Positions 1-12,468 are shown, counted from the whole stretch's first letter. The stretch is DNA of 63,926 nt, filler included, from Octopus bimaculoides (GCF_001194135.2; 6 parts of 6 records of this genome joined end to end with filler, not necessarily neighbours in it), one strand, 5' to 3'. Notes: generated from the letters alone by a model not told the origin. Program-made: numbers and translations.

Positions 1-922
1 TCATTGCCTCTGTGAGGCCCAATACTTGAAAGTAACACAGCCACTTTGCTTCTGTGAAGCCCAACACTCAAAAGGAACTCCCCTCCATGAGGCCCAACAC
101 TCGAAAGGTGCTCTTTACATGCCACCAGCACAGGTGCCCATTACATGACTCTAGCATCAGTCATGACTATGAACTCACTTGCCTTGACGGGTCTTGTCAA
201 GCACAGCATAATCGCCAAAGATCTCAGCCAGTGGTCATTGCCTCTGTGAGGTTCAAAGTTCGAAGATCATGCTCTGCCACCTCGTCCCATGTTGTCCTGG
301 ATATATTTCTACCACAGGTTCCCTCCGTAATTAGAGATCAGCACGTCTAGTCACTAATGACTAGTGTATGCTGGTGTGAAGAGGGGTACATTCTTCACCG
401 GGGAGGGTCTTTGAATTCAAGAGCAACCATGCATCACACTGTCTGGTGAGAATAAAATCAATCTGGCTAGTACAATCATCTGATTGATAGGTGATCAGGT
501 GGTTGGCTGGCTTCCTGAAGTTGGTGTTGCAGATCAATATGTCATTTGCATCACAGAACTCCAGTAGCTCTGTTCCCTCTTCGTTTTGGAAATCAGTTCC
601 ACAGCCCCCATATATTGCATGGAAGATAATAGGGTGCCATCTGACATGCCCATTGAAATCCCCAGCCACAAAGACAAGATCATTGTCCCTCGTTTTTAAG
701 GTTGCCTGCAGAAGAATATCATAAAAGTGGTCCTTCTGTTCATTTGGTAGGCCTGCTTGTGGGGCATAGGCAGAGATAATTGTAGCTATGGTATTCTGTA
801 AGACTAGCCTGAGCTTAAACATTCTATCACACACTATGACTACCTCTATGACCTTATCCACCCATTTCTCTGCAAGAAATATGCCCACACCACCTACTCC
901 ATCACTGTTACCTTCTCGGAAA

Positions 923-925
<3 letters not shown>
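1..925 (-). mobile_element. RTE-clade LINE remnant: APE endonuclease joined directly to the ORF C-terminus and 3' UTR (RT deleted)
   Basis: Minus translation has GVGIFLAEKW, IISAYAP, GDFNGH, NTNFRK and SQIDFIL (RTE-type APE motifs). Near 349 it runs into EGTCGR..TWDEV..HDLRTL.LTEAM, the RTE C-terminus, followed by short UTR repeats (gtgaggcccaacactc). Confidence 0.85.
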
Positions 926-967
<42 letters not shown>

Positions 968-1286
968 NNNNNNNNNNNNNNNNNNNNNNNNNNNNNNNNN
1001 NNNNNNNNNNNNNNNNNNNNNNNNNNNNNNNNNNNNNNNNNNNNNNNNNNNNNNNNNNNNNNNNNNNNNNNNNNNNNNNNNNNNNNNNNNNNNNNNNNNN
1101 NNNNNNNNNNNNNNNNNNNNNNNNNNNNNNNNNNNNNNNNNNNNNNNNNNNNNNNNNNNNNNNNNNNNNNNNNNNNNNNNNNNNNNNNNNNNNNNNNNNN
1201 NNNNNNNNNNNNNNNNNNNNNNNNNNNNNNNNNNNNNNNNNNNNNNNNNNNNNNNNNNNNNNNNNNNNNNNNNNNNNNNNNNNNNN

Positions 1287-1317
<31 letters not shown>

Positions 1318-1324
1318 CATATAT

Positions 1325-1643
1325 ACAACAGGCTTATTTCAGTTTCCGTCTACCAAATCCACTCACAAGGCTTTGGTCGGCCTGAGGCTATAGTAGAAGA
1401 CATTTGCCCAAGGTGCCACACAGTGGGAATGAACCCGGAACCATGTGGTTGGTAAGCAAGCTACTTACCACACACCCACTCCACACAACGGGTTTCTTTC
1501 AATTTCTGTTGACCAAATCCACTTGTAAGGCTTTGATCAATCCAAGGCTGTAGTAGAAAATACTTGCCCAAGGTGCCACACAATGGGACTGAACCCAGAA
1601 CCATGTGGTTGGGAAGCAAGCTTCTTACCATACAGCCACTCAC
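1325..1643 (-). mobile_element. Two tandem 5' halves of tRNA-headed SINE family A
   Basis: Both about 157-bp units are the reverse complement of the family A head (gtggctgtgtggtaag...ggttc...ccttgggcaagtgtcttctactatagc...) seen full-length at 32188 and 41069. Confidence 0.85.
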
Positions 1644-3597
1644 ATTATTTAATCTCATACTCTACCATTTGAGGCAGATTGTTGTTTTATCTTATACGAA
1701 ATACATTAATACATAAGTTTTACTGGTTTTTGATATTTACTTTAAATTTGGGACATCTCTCCCCCCACTATCACCACAACTGCCAAACACAAACTGAAAG
1801 AAAGTACAATGCCCAGCAGTAAATCAAAAATATTTCAAGATTTAATAAGTGTGATGAAAATTTATTTGTAATTGAAGGTAAATAAAATAAAAAAAAGAAA
1901 AGATAAATATGACAGCTTGTATATATTAAATACAAAATAACAAACAATTGTTCTTTATTTTCAGATGAAAAATATTGATACATCTCTTGCATGGTTAAAA
2001 GAGAATCTCATGAAAACAAAGCCATAAGGAGATTGTTCTTGGAGAAGACTTACCTGAATCTGATGAAACATTTTCTTTTCAAATTATTGATAACTCCCTC
2101 TGCTACATACAACTATATAACCATATAATTAACATTTATTACACTTAAAGTATCAGCTAGTTAATAATAATAACAAACCATAGCGACATACAAATAAATT
2201 CTAAAAGAAAAAAATGTAATGTATAAACCAACTATTTTGATCCAATGTTTTAATGTAATCTATTAACATAAATTTGCTTAAAATCTGGTAAATGCAAGAA
2301 TCTCAAGTATAAAATATAATGATAACACTTTAAAATTAGGAATTGTGTCTCATAAATTATTGAAAATTCCCTCAACTCTCTCTACTGTATATAACTGTAT
2401 AACTATATAATTAACATTTACTGCACTTAAAGTATCAATTACATACTAAATCATAATATACCATAGGCAACAGCAACACTAACCTCAGGAATGGATGTTG
2501 TTGTTGTTGTTAATGATTTTGAGACAGAAATAATCAGACAAAATAAGAATAAATTGTAAAATATAAAAAGGAAAGTATAAACAACATATTTTAATCCGAT
2601 ATCTAATCCAATATTTCAATGTAATGTATTCACATGTATTTTACTAACTGTCAGGTAAATGTAAGAACTTGAAGTACGAAATAGAGATATGATACTTCCA
2701 AATTAGTGATGGAGAATAGGAATTACTGAATTTAAATCAACTAGTGGATGAACTACTGCAAAGAGAAATGACAGGAACATCACAATGTATAACTGATAAC
2801 AGATATTTCGCTCTACGTTTGTTACAGGTTCTAAAATGTTAACAATATTCAGAAATCTGTAACAACATTCAGAATTCTTAATTTACTTTTATTTTATTAG
2901 CAATATTCAGAAATCTTTTCATTTTTATTCCCCCAAAATATTAGCAATTTTCAAAAAACTTCTTACTTTTATACTTCTAAAATATTAAAGATATTCAGAA
3001 ATCTAACTTTATCTTTATTATTCTAATTAACTTCAATGTAATAAAAATTTCAATAAAGATATCAATCCATCTATTTTGTCTGTTTATTTTTCTGCACACA
3101 AACCTATACACAACTACACACATACAATGCACACATACACACACACATTCATACACATTGTCCAGCCTTCCCTTTCCCCTACCTTCCTTGACACATACAT
3201 CATTTGGTATCCCCCACCCTTATCCCCCATTTGCTACATCTACCCTTTCAGTTGTGCCCAGTCTTCACAGTTGTCACTTACTTCCCTTCCATGATTCCTC
3301 AACTGTAATTCTCCATTGCACCCTTGAAATCCTGTCCCACCCACAGTCCTTGCTCCTCTCTTCTTGTTCTCTTCTATTCACCTTGAGGGTCCACCTAAAC
3401 ACCTCATCACCACTATTTTCATCTCATTCCACCTCCCCACCTTCTCTTATAAAATAAGTAAACATGTAGCTCATCTACTGCAAGGAGTATTTTCTGCAAG
3501 AAGTATTTTCTGCTCAGCATTTAACCCATTATATCCGAATGTAAACCAGCCTCTCTCGGGTTCATTGTCTTGCAAGTTGCATTATATCATAACTAGT

Positions 3598-3693
3598 GCT
3601 GGTGGTACAGAAATGCACCCAGCATGTGCAGTAACATGGTTGGCATTATGAAGGACATAAAACAACCTGCCAAGATAAACACTGGAGCATGAT
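3598..3693 (+). mobile_element. Decayed RTE-type 3' tail fragment
   Basis: ggttggcattatgaaggacat...ctgccaa...actggagc resembles the tail at 62605-62778. It runs into a gap. Confidence 0.45.
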
Positions 3694-3737
3694 NNNNNNN
3701 NNNNNNNNNNNNNNNNNNNNNNNNNNNNNNNNNNNNN

Positions 3738-3749
3738 TTAATTAATTAA
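3738..3749. other. Assembly linker TTAATTAATTAA inside an N gap (also 20042-20053, 47420-47431, 57803-57814, 62408-62419)
   Basis: The same palindromic 12-mer, giving stops in all six frames, occurs five times and always between N runs. Confidence 0.9.
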
Positions 3750-3793
3750 NNNNNNNNNNNNNNNNNNNNNNNNNNNNNNNNNNNNNNNNNNNN

Positions 3794-3828
<35 letters not shown>

Positions 3829-4211
3829 ACACGTATGCATATACATACACATATACATATGCATATATATCATATAAAAATTTCCTGGTAACAAAGAATA
3901 ATTACAGGAACAATGGTAAATAAAAAGCATAAATGCGATATATACAAGCACGTAGAAAATAAACAGCCTCACCGGACAAACATGAAAAATCGTCGGGTTT
4001 GAATACATGTATATTCAGAAAAAAGAATTGATGTCATATTTGCATATAGGCACGTGTGCAATGGTTTGTGTGTGCCTTTGTGTATGTCTGTGTATGTGTA
4101 TATATATATAAATGTATATGTATATATATATATGTGTGTGTCTTTAAGCGTATGTATAAATATAAACGTATATATATACATATATTTTGAAAATAAGCAA
4201 CAGAAATTCAA

Positions 4212-4347
4212 TACGTGCATTTCATACACGCTCCATTTATTCATGTGGTGAGATCACCACATAATGCAGCTGAGGAGTACATTTTCATTGTACATTCTGT
4301 GGTGTTCTCACCACATGAATAAATGGAGCTTGTACGAAATGTACGTA
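4212..4347. repeat. 136-bp fold-back element (MITE-like), about 57-bp arms, TA at both ends
   Basis: Left arm tacgtgcatttcatacacgctccatttattcatgtggtgagatcaccaca matches the reverse complement of the right arm, tacgtacatttcgtacaagctccatttattcatgtggtgagaacaccaca. Confidence 0.8.
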
Positions 4348-4486
4348 CTGCTATAATCTATCGAATTTTTGTTGCTTATCTTCAAATTTTTATTCACCAA
4401 ATCTCTTGATTTTGTTTTTGGTTTTTATCCTAACAAATTCTGGTGCCTCAAACAATTTAAGTACCACATTTAATCTTTTGATTAAA

Positions 4487-4528
<42 letters not shown>

Positions 4529-5120
4529 ACATATGCTCATATACTTATATACATATACACACTGATATAAATANNNNNNNNNNNNNNNNNNNNNNNNNNN
4601 NNNNNNNNNNNNNNNNNNNNNNNNNNNNNNNNNNNNNNNNNNNNNNNNNNNNNNNNNNNNNNNNNNNNNNNNNNNNNNNNNNNNNNNNNNNNNNNNNNNN
4701 NNNNNNNNNNNNNNNNNNNNNNNNNNNNNNNNNNNNNNNNNNNNNNNNNNNNNNNNNNNNNNNNNNNNNNNNNNNNNNNNNNNNNNNNNNNNNNNNNNNN
4801 NNNNNNNNNNNNNNNNNNNNNNNNNNNNNNNNNNNNNNNNNNNNNNNNNNNNNNNNNNNNNNNNNNNNNNNNNNNNNNNNNNNNNNNNNNNNNNNNNNNN
4901 NNNNNNNNNNNNNNNNNNNNNNNNNNNNNNNNNNNNNNNNNNNNNNNNNNNNNNNNNNNNNNNNNNNNNNNNNNNNNNNNNNNNNNNNNNNNNNNNNNNN
5001 NNNNNNNNNNNNNNNNNNNNNNNNNNNNNNNNNNNNNNNNNNNNNNNNNNNNNNNNNNNNNNNNNNNNNNNNNNNNNNNNNNNNNNNNNNNNNNNNNNNN
5101 NNNNNNNNNNNNNNNNNNNN

Positions 5121-5156
<36 letters not shown>

Positions 5157-6062
5157 GCATACACCTTCTCTCACCAATACACGTACATTCACATATACAT
5201 GCGTGTATGTATGCATATATACGCATCTCTATATGTGGGTGCGAGTGTGCTTGCGTATCTTTTGTTTTGTACGGGTATCTTCGCATTAGTTTTGTATCTC
5301 TAATCAAATACTATCTGATTTTACTGCTTAAGAAACCATTCCAGATTTTTTCCTTTCTATATTTTTTAGGGACATCTTCATAATTCATACGTCTCAAAAA
5401 TGTCTTCTACCTTTGATGCTTCTTTCAAAAAATAACCTGGTGATTAATGAAAGTATGGTCACAATATTTGTTATCCAATGATTCTTTTGAAGTTCAAAAG
5501 CGAAATATTTCCAAACCTGAAAATGAGCTGCGATTTCTAGTTTTTTGGGGTGAGAGCATTCGCTACACGACCCCGTGTCTTTGCTTTTTGTTTTCGTTGT
5601 TTGCATTGAACGCCATTTTAAATCTTAAGATAGTGCGATGGATAAATAATTGTTGCGTCGGAAAAAAAATATTTTCCGGCATTTGATCTGAGTCGTTCCA
5701 TTCTGAGTTAAGTTCCCTTTAAGTTCAACAATGTTTTTCATCGTTTTGGGTCGATAAGATAAATTATCATCGAGGTTCTGATGGTTAACTGTGGACTAAC
5801 ATCTATCCATGGATATCACTGGCCTCGTGACTAAATTAAAAATCATGATTGCTTAGCGGAAGAATTAACCGTTTGGAATTTTTAAAATGATATGTTACAC
5901 TGGATTTGTTAGAATGATATGTTACAAAATGAGAGGCTAGTCATTGTTGGAACAGTTTTTAAAGACTTTATATTAGTGCATATTTTAAATGCCTGAGAAT
6001 AAGACACATTCGTATGCAAGAATTATATATCATCATAAAAATCCAACAGACTACTGTCAGTC

Positions 6063-6538
6063 AATGTTTGGTCATGTGAAGGCAGCGAGCAAGCAGAATA
6101 TTTAGGCGCCAGATAAACGTTCTCAGCGGCATTTCTAACGAGTTTACGTCTTGAGTGCAAATGCTCCTGCGGTTTATTGAAATTGTCATCCTTCCGAGGT
6201 CGATAAAATAAGTACCAGTTGAGAGCTAATATCGACTTAATCGACTTAAACTCTCCCTATATTTGCTGGCCTTGTTCAAAATTTGGGCTCAATATTTGGG
6301 CAAATGAAGTCAGCGAGCTGGAAGAATCTTTACCACGCCCTAAAACGTGCTTAGGGGAATTTCTCCCAATTTTAGGTTCTTAGTTCAAATGCCGCCGGAA
6401 TCGAATTATTATTTCAGCCTTTCTAGGCCGATAAATAAGTACCAGTTGAACACTTGAGTCGATGCAATTGACTTACTCCCTCCTACGAAATTTCTGACCT
6501 GGTGTCAAAATTTGAAAGCAATATTTGGTCATGTGAAA
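6063..6538 (+). mobile_element. Two decayed SINE B copies in a ~229-bp tandem unit
   Basis: Each has ggc/gtcagcgagc..gaat head, gttcaaatg B-box region and cgataaa(a)taagtaccagttga. The flank caat(a/g)tttgg..atg(t)gaa recurs at about 6061, 6289 and 6518. Confidence 0.7.
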
Positions 6539-6639
6539 TGAGCCAATAAATAGATTATATTCTATGCTGGGTTATAACGAAACAACAATGACAAATGCAT
6601 TTAAGTACGAATGAATGTTATGTTCTGTTTTTAATTCTT

Positions 6640-6915
6640 TGAAATCTTTCATTGCGGAAGAAGCTGGCTCCTAACAAAGATACGAAGGTCTATCGATAAA
6701 ATCCAGATAACAAAACCAATTTTAAACTTGATCAAAGTCTTTCACTATTTTTAATGTTTCCCCACTATTTTAAATTTCCCCAAGACACCTGATGAAGGCT
6801 GGAGGTATATGTGCCGAAACGTTGTGTTAACAACAAACAAGATGAGTACAAATATCCGTCAGGTGTGAATAATGTAAATAATGTACATAAATCCTCATCT
6901 CTTAAATATAGAACT
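6640..6915 (+). mobile_element. Penelope-like element 3' end / pseudo-LTR remnant
   Basis: FEIFHCGRSWLLTKIRR...KPILNL resembles a PLE GIY-YIG C-terminus and is followed by a hammerhead core. Confidence 0.55.
6784..6828 (+). ncRNA. Minimal type I hammerhead ribozyme motif (PLE type)
   Basis: gacac-CTGATGA-A-ggc(13 nt)gcc-GAAA-CG-TT-gtgtt. Stem I is gacac/gtgtt, stem II is ggc/gcc, and the palindrome AACGTT replaces stem III. Confidence 0.7.
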
Positions 6916-6989
6916 GTATTGACGTAACAATCTCAGATTGAGAATTTTTGGAATATCTTTCAAGTCTTCACTGTGCCACTTACAGATTA

Positions 6990-7270
6990 GCTTTGGAGAA
7001 TCCGCATGCATGCATGTTTACAGACATTCATGCATGTTTACAGACATGCATGCACGCATGTATGTATGCATGAATGAATGTATGATGTATGTGTGTAAGT
7101 ATGCATGTGTGTATGTATGTATGTATCTATGCATGTATGTGTTTATGTATGCACGTATATATATGTGTATGTATGTGTATGTATGTTTGTATGTATGTAT
7201 GTATGCGTATACGTATTTATAAGTGTGTCTGTGTATGTGACTATGTGTATATCAGCATGTGTGCATATGT
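6990..7270. repeat. Degenerate (TATG/TG)n microsatellite field
   Basis: Direct inspection. Confidence 0.9.
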
Positions 7271-9144
7271 ATTTTAATTACACAGAATGTATACAAGCCC
7301 ATTTACGACGGGGGACAAACAGAAGCAATCAAAACAACAAACCGAAAAATTTTTACAAAACTTTTAACACCGTTAAATCTGCTATGTATACTTAGCAAGA
7401 AATCCTAATTATTTGTCTTAGCTAATTACTGACAGACTGCATGCTGAATATTTTCTCTACTCCATCAACAAATCTCACTTCATGTTCAAAATAACAACGC
7501 ACTTAAATTCTTTTTTTCTCTTTCACTCATTATTCGACAACATCACACCAGTACCTCCACTTGCGTGGCATACTGTCCGACATGTATGCTACAGTTTCAT
7601 AAAACCATGATTAAACGCTTAAAGTTTGTGTGGAGCTTTAATTAAGTAATATTGATTACTTACTGACACCTTACATGTTTGCTTTGTCTAAGTACGTCTT
7701 TAATCGTGTTTGCTTTTATGCGTGCGCAGTTGCGCATGTGTATATTCCTCTGTATTCCATTCATCTTGGTATCTCTCCTTCTTCGTACATATATGTCATT
7801 GCACTGACAAAGTGAATGATGATGTGTATTTTTATTATTATTTCTTTTTAATTCTTAGTTGTATTTGCGGAGACAAATTAATCAATGAGTATTAATGTTT
7901 AAACGAGGTAGAATGACGGAATGATGGAGGATTATTCTTACGTCCCGATAACATGTTCTTCGGTGTATTAAGTATCAAAGCTTCTTGCTTAGTTGTTTGT
8001 TTTAATTCTTTTGCTTTTATTTGGATATTCTTTTCGTTATTAACCATGGCGGAGACTTAACTAGAAATACAAAGTAAAACAACAAAAAAAACAAAGAGAG
8101 AGAAAAGAACAAGTAACAAGTTTTTACAGTTGTTAAATGTTATTTAACAAGGTGTATATTATTACAACACCTCTCCGTTAAATCACAGGATTTAGTTCAC
8201 AAAACAAACCGTAAGAGCACTCGATTTTCTTCGCTGTTCATTACCAGTTTAGTAGAAGAGTGTACTGCATGTTTACCTAGCGAGTCAACATTCATGTTTA
8301 TTTTTTTAAATACACCTTCAATACTATTTACATATTTGACATGTTTCTATATTTCCTATGTGAAAAACAGTATTATTGTTTATAAATATCCGAAGTGTCA
8401 ATTATTGTCCTAGCCATTCCCAAAGGCGTGGATGACAATTTGCTCTCGTGAAATAAAAGGTCGAAAGCCGAGATGAGTGTAGAGATAAATTTCCACGTAT
8501 ATGCAATGATCTGACGGACGGACGAACAATAGGATGGGTGGATGGATGATTCGATGGATAGATGGATCGATCGACCGATGGATTCATGAGTTTACAATGC
8601 TGACTAATAAAGTTAATCAGGGGTACAACGTTACTTATGAAAAAGTGCAACGGAAGACAGTATGGCCGCGGCGTCGATTTCTCCAAGCTTGTTTTGGTTT
8701 GGTTAGATGTCAACATGGAAACATAGTGAAGAGCGGTATCGAGATAAAGGAACAAAGTGAAATGCTTATGGAGCTCTGAGGAGGAAATAAAACAATAATG
8801 GTTGCGCCAAGGAAATTTTGATGATAACACACAAAATTAGTCATTGGGTAAATCACATACATGTTTTGTAATATATAGCTAATTATAAGCCACAGCTCTA
8901 GATACCATACTGTAAGGCGTGAATATGATCTCATCCGTGTAGTAGGGCTTTCATGGTACTTAGAGAACTAATGATGAATGAATTATTAAGTAAATATATA
9001 AGTTGACATGCGTAAACCTTTTGAAAATGTTAACATAGCTTCCAATAATTACATCAGACTGATTTTCTTCAATGTTTGTTTTGTCTTCAACATTTACACA
9101 CACCGTTTCTCTTGCATGGCATTTGTTTCTGAGACACAATACGC

Positions 9145-9165
9145 TCACACACACACACGCGCGCG

Positions 9166-9236
<71 letters not shown>

Positions 9237-9285
9237 TCTTTCTCTCTCTGTTCATATCAATCGTTCATTAATTCAATCGACAGAA

Positions 9286-9338
<53 letters not shown>

Positions 9339-9626
9339 GTAGTAGTAGTAGTATAGTAGTAGTAGCGTTAGCAGCAGCAGTAGCATGTTTTGTAGTAGTA
9401 TTGTTATCCTTATTANNNNNNNNNNNNNNNNNNNNNNNNNNNNNNNNNNNNNNNNNNNNNNNNNNNNNNNNNNNNNNNNNNNNNNNNNNNNNNNNNNNNN
9501 NNNNNNNNNNNNNNNNNNNNNNNNNNNATATATATATACATATACATACATATATATATATATGTATACATATACAGTGAGAGAGAGAAAGTGAAAGAGA
9601 GACAGAGAGATACACGTAAAACGACA

Positions 9627-9660
<34 letters not shown>
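9145..9660. repeat. Compound (CA)n, (TTA)n, (TAG)n, (TA)n, (CATA)n microsatellites
   Basis: Direct inspection. Confidence 0.95.
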
Positions 9661-9904
9661 CCCACGCACAGAACCATGAAAATACACACATAAACGCATA
9701 CAAAAATCATATACCTATGCCGAGACATAGGGACACAGACATTGCCCTCAGTTATATTTTCTTATATTGAGCAAATAATTGCAAAGGGATTTTGACCTTT
9801 CGAGGTCACACACAGCGGACAACAATAAACGAAATTAGAAAGTAAATCCATTATAACTGCCAATAAATTATGATTGTTTGCTGTGAAAGCTTTTGTATAG
9901 GCTG

Positions 9905-11230
9905 AACATGTTGGTGGTGTTGGTGTTGTTGTTGTTGGTGGTGGTGTTGGTGGTGGTGGTGCTGGTGGTGGTGGTGGTGTTGGTGTTAGTGTTGTTGTTG
10001 TTGTTGTTCGTGGTGGTGGTGGTTTTGNNNNNNNNNNNNNNNNNNNNNNNNNNNNNNNNNNNNNNNNNNNNNNNNNNNNNNNNNNNNNNNNNNNNNNNNN
10101 NNNNNNNNNNNNNNNNNNNNNNNNNNNNNNNNNNNNNNNNNNNNNNNNNNNNNNNNNNNNNNNNNNNNNNNNNNNNNNNNNNNNNNNNNNNNNNNNNNNN
10201 NNNNNNNNNNNNNNNNNNNNNNNNNNNNNNNNNNNNNNNNNNNNNNNNNNNNNNNNNNNNNNNNNNNNNNNNNNNNNNNNNNNNNNNNNNNNNNNNNNNN
10301 NNNNNNNNNNNNNNNNNNNNNNNNNNNNNNNNNNNNNNNNNNNNNNNNNNNNNNNNNNNNNNNNNNNNNNNNNNNNNNNNNNNNNNNNNNNNNNNNNNNN
10401 NNNNNNNNNNNNNNNNNNNNNNNNNNNNNNNNNNNNNNNNNNNNNNNNNNNNNNNNNNNNNNNNNNNNNNNNNNNNNNNNNNNNNNNNNNNNNNNNNNNN
10501 NNNNNNNNNNNNNNNNNNNNNNNNNNNNNNNNNNNNNNNNNNNNNNNNNNNNNNNNNNNNNNNNNNNNNNNNNNNNNNNNNNNNNGAACTTAAACTGGTT
10601 GTCGTCGTTGTCCGCGTCTTCGCTGTTGTTCTTGTTATTGCTGTTATCGTTGTATTAGTTGAGGTTTTCGTTTGTGGTGGTGGTTGTGGTGGTAGTGGTG
10701 ATACTGCCGTTGTTGATTTGTTTTCTTTTTTTTATCGTTTACGTTGTTATCATAGACCCTGGTATAGATCGTTGTTGCTGCCATTGCTGCTCCTGCTATT
10801 TCCATATTTGGCATTGCTGTTATTGATGGCGGCGATGATACCGGTGGTGGTGGTGGTGGTAGTAGTGATAGTCATGGTAACGGTAGTAGTGGTTGTGTTC
10901 CTATTGTTGTCATCCCAGTTCTTTCTACTGTTTTCCTTCTTGTTGTTATTGTTATTGTCATCGTTCATCAGAACTGTTGTCGTTGTTGCTACTAGTTTTC
11001 GCAGTTCCTGTCGTTGCGGGTGGTGGTCCCCTCAGTGTTGGTAGCAGTGATATTGCATCGGCTACTGCTGTTGTTGTTGTTCTGGCTGTTGTCCCTGGCA
11101 GTTATATTTTGATGTGGCTGCCATTGAAACACGGTTTGATGTTACTGTTCATGGGTTTTCCTATCGATGTTTTTCCCGTTGTGGTTCCATGTTGAGCTCT
11201 TTGTTATTCTTGTTGTTATTACTGTTGCTT
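9905..11230. repeat. Degenerate (GTT/GGT)n trinucleotide field spanning a gap
   Basis: Direct inspection. It accounts for the poly-V/L ORFs. Confidence 0.9.
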
Positions 11231-11367
11231 AACCTCTGTCATTCTGATATATTCCCTTATTTTCGTGATGTCTTTGAAGAATTGGACACAGGACATTTTG
11301 GAATTTGGAGATTATTTATTTATCTATTTATTTATTCTTCTGTAGATGGTGATGTATGTGCTACTGC

Positions 11368-11552
11368 TAAGGCGACACGCAGGCAAAATCATTAGCGGAA
11401 TTTCGTCCGTCATTACATTCTGAGTTCAAATTTCACCGAGGTCGCCTTTCAGTTACATTCTTTCGGGGTCAATAGAATAAGTACCAGTTAGATAAACGGG
11501 TAATTGTTATCGACCCCCAAAGCTGCTGGTCTTGTGCCAAAATTTGACACCA
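11368..11552 (+). mobile_element. SINE B, decayed
   Basis: ttagcggaatttcgtccg...ctgagttcaaatt..ccgaggtcg...aataagtaccagtt...gctggtcttgtgccaaaatttga. Confidence 0.75.
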
Positions 11553-11597
11553 ATGTTTTTACTGCTGCTACTGCAGTGAAGTAGTAGTAGTAGTAGT

Positions 11598-11644
<47 letters not shown>

Positions 11645-11722
11645 AGGTAGAGGTAGTAGTAGTTGCTGTTGTTGTTGTTGTTGTTATGACTGCTGTTAAA
11701 TGTCCATTGTTATGGTTATATA

Positions 11723-11920
11723 CTTTTCTACTCTAGGCATAAGCCCCGAAGATTTTTGGTGAGGGGGGACAGTCAATTAGATCGACCCCAGTGCACAACT
11801 GGTACTCACTATATCGACCCCGAAAGGATAAAAGGCAAAGTCGACCTCGGCGGAATTTGAACTCAGCAAGCAAAGACAAACGAAATACCGCTAAGCATTT
11901 CGCCCGGCCTGCTAACATTT
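11723..11920 (-). mobile_element. SINE B
   Basis: Near-complete reverse complement of the copies at 47520 and 49058. Confidence 0.85.
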
Positions 11921-11979
11921 CACTGAATGATGAATATATGCTAAAATAAGACGAGTATTTTTTCCGCTACTCATAATAC

Positions 11980-12064
11980 TTTTTACTATAGGCACAAGTA
12001 AAAATGGACAAAATGCCGCTAAGCATTTTGTCCGGCGTGCTAACGATTCAGCCAGCTCATCGCT
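11980..12064 (-). mobile_element. SINE B, internally deleted (head joined to tail)
   Basis: Tail actataggcacaag is directly adjacent to head ccgctaagcattttgtccggcgtgctaacgattc. Confidence 0.65.
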
Positions 12065-12111
12065 TTTCCCTCATTTAATAAGTATAAAATGCTACTCTAA
12101 CGTTAGTATAT

Positions 12112-12468
12112 TCTTTTATTCATTTACTTGTCATTTGACTGGGGCCATAAATCGACCCCAGAACCTGTTCTTATACTATCGAGTACTTTTTCCCAACTGC
12201 TAAGTTACGGGGATCTGAACACACCAACATCAGTTGTCAAGCAATTGTGGGGGGATAAAAACAGACGCACAACCACACAGTCACACACACACATATATGT
12301 ATGTATACCAGGGACTTCTTTTCAGTTTCCATCTATCAAATCTACTTACAATGCTTTGATCGGCCCGATGCTATAGTAGAAGACAATTGCCTAAGTTGCT
12401 GCGCAGTGGAACTGAACCCGGAAACATGTGGTTGGGAAGCAAGCTTTTTACCACAAAGCCACTCCTGC
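12112..12468 (-). mobile_element. SINE A, near full length
   Basis: Reverse complement of 32188-32604, including the central (CA/TA)n. Confidence 0.85.

Noticed and set aside
1964-2026. Short ORF MKNIDTSLAWLKENLMKTKP after a ttttcAG acceptor, faintly like the FAM167 motif
   Set aside because: Only 20 codons, ends in a stop with no donor, and has no supporting exons.
2051-2105. Possible minus-strand exon ending in CAG|GTAAGT
   Set aside because: Short, with no recognisable peptide. Good donor sites occur by chance.
3738-3749. Repeated palindrome TTAATTAATTAA as a biological motif or piggyBac site
   Set aside because: Always embedded in N gaps, so it is an artificial scaffolding linker.
5390-5640. 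Possible Tc1-like transposase N-terminus on the minus strand
   Set aside because: Needs several frameshifts and stops, and no TIR was identified.
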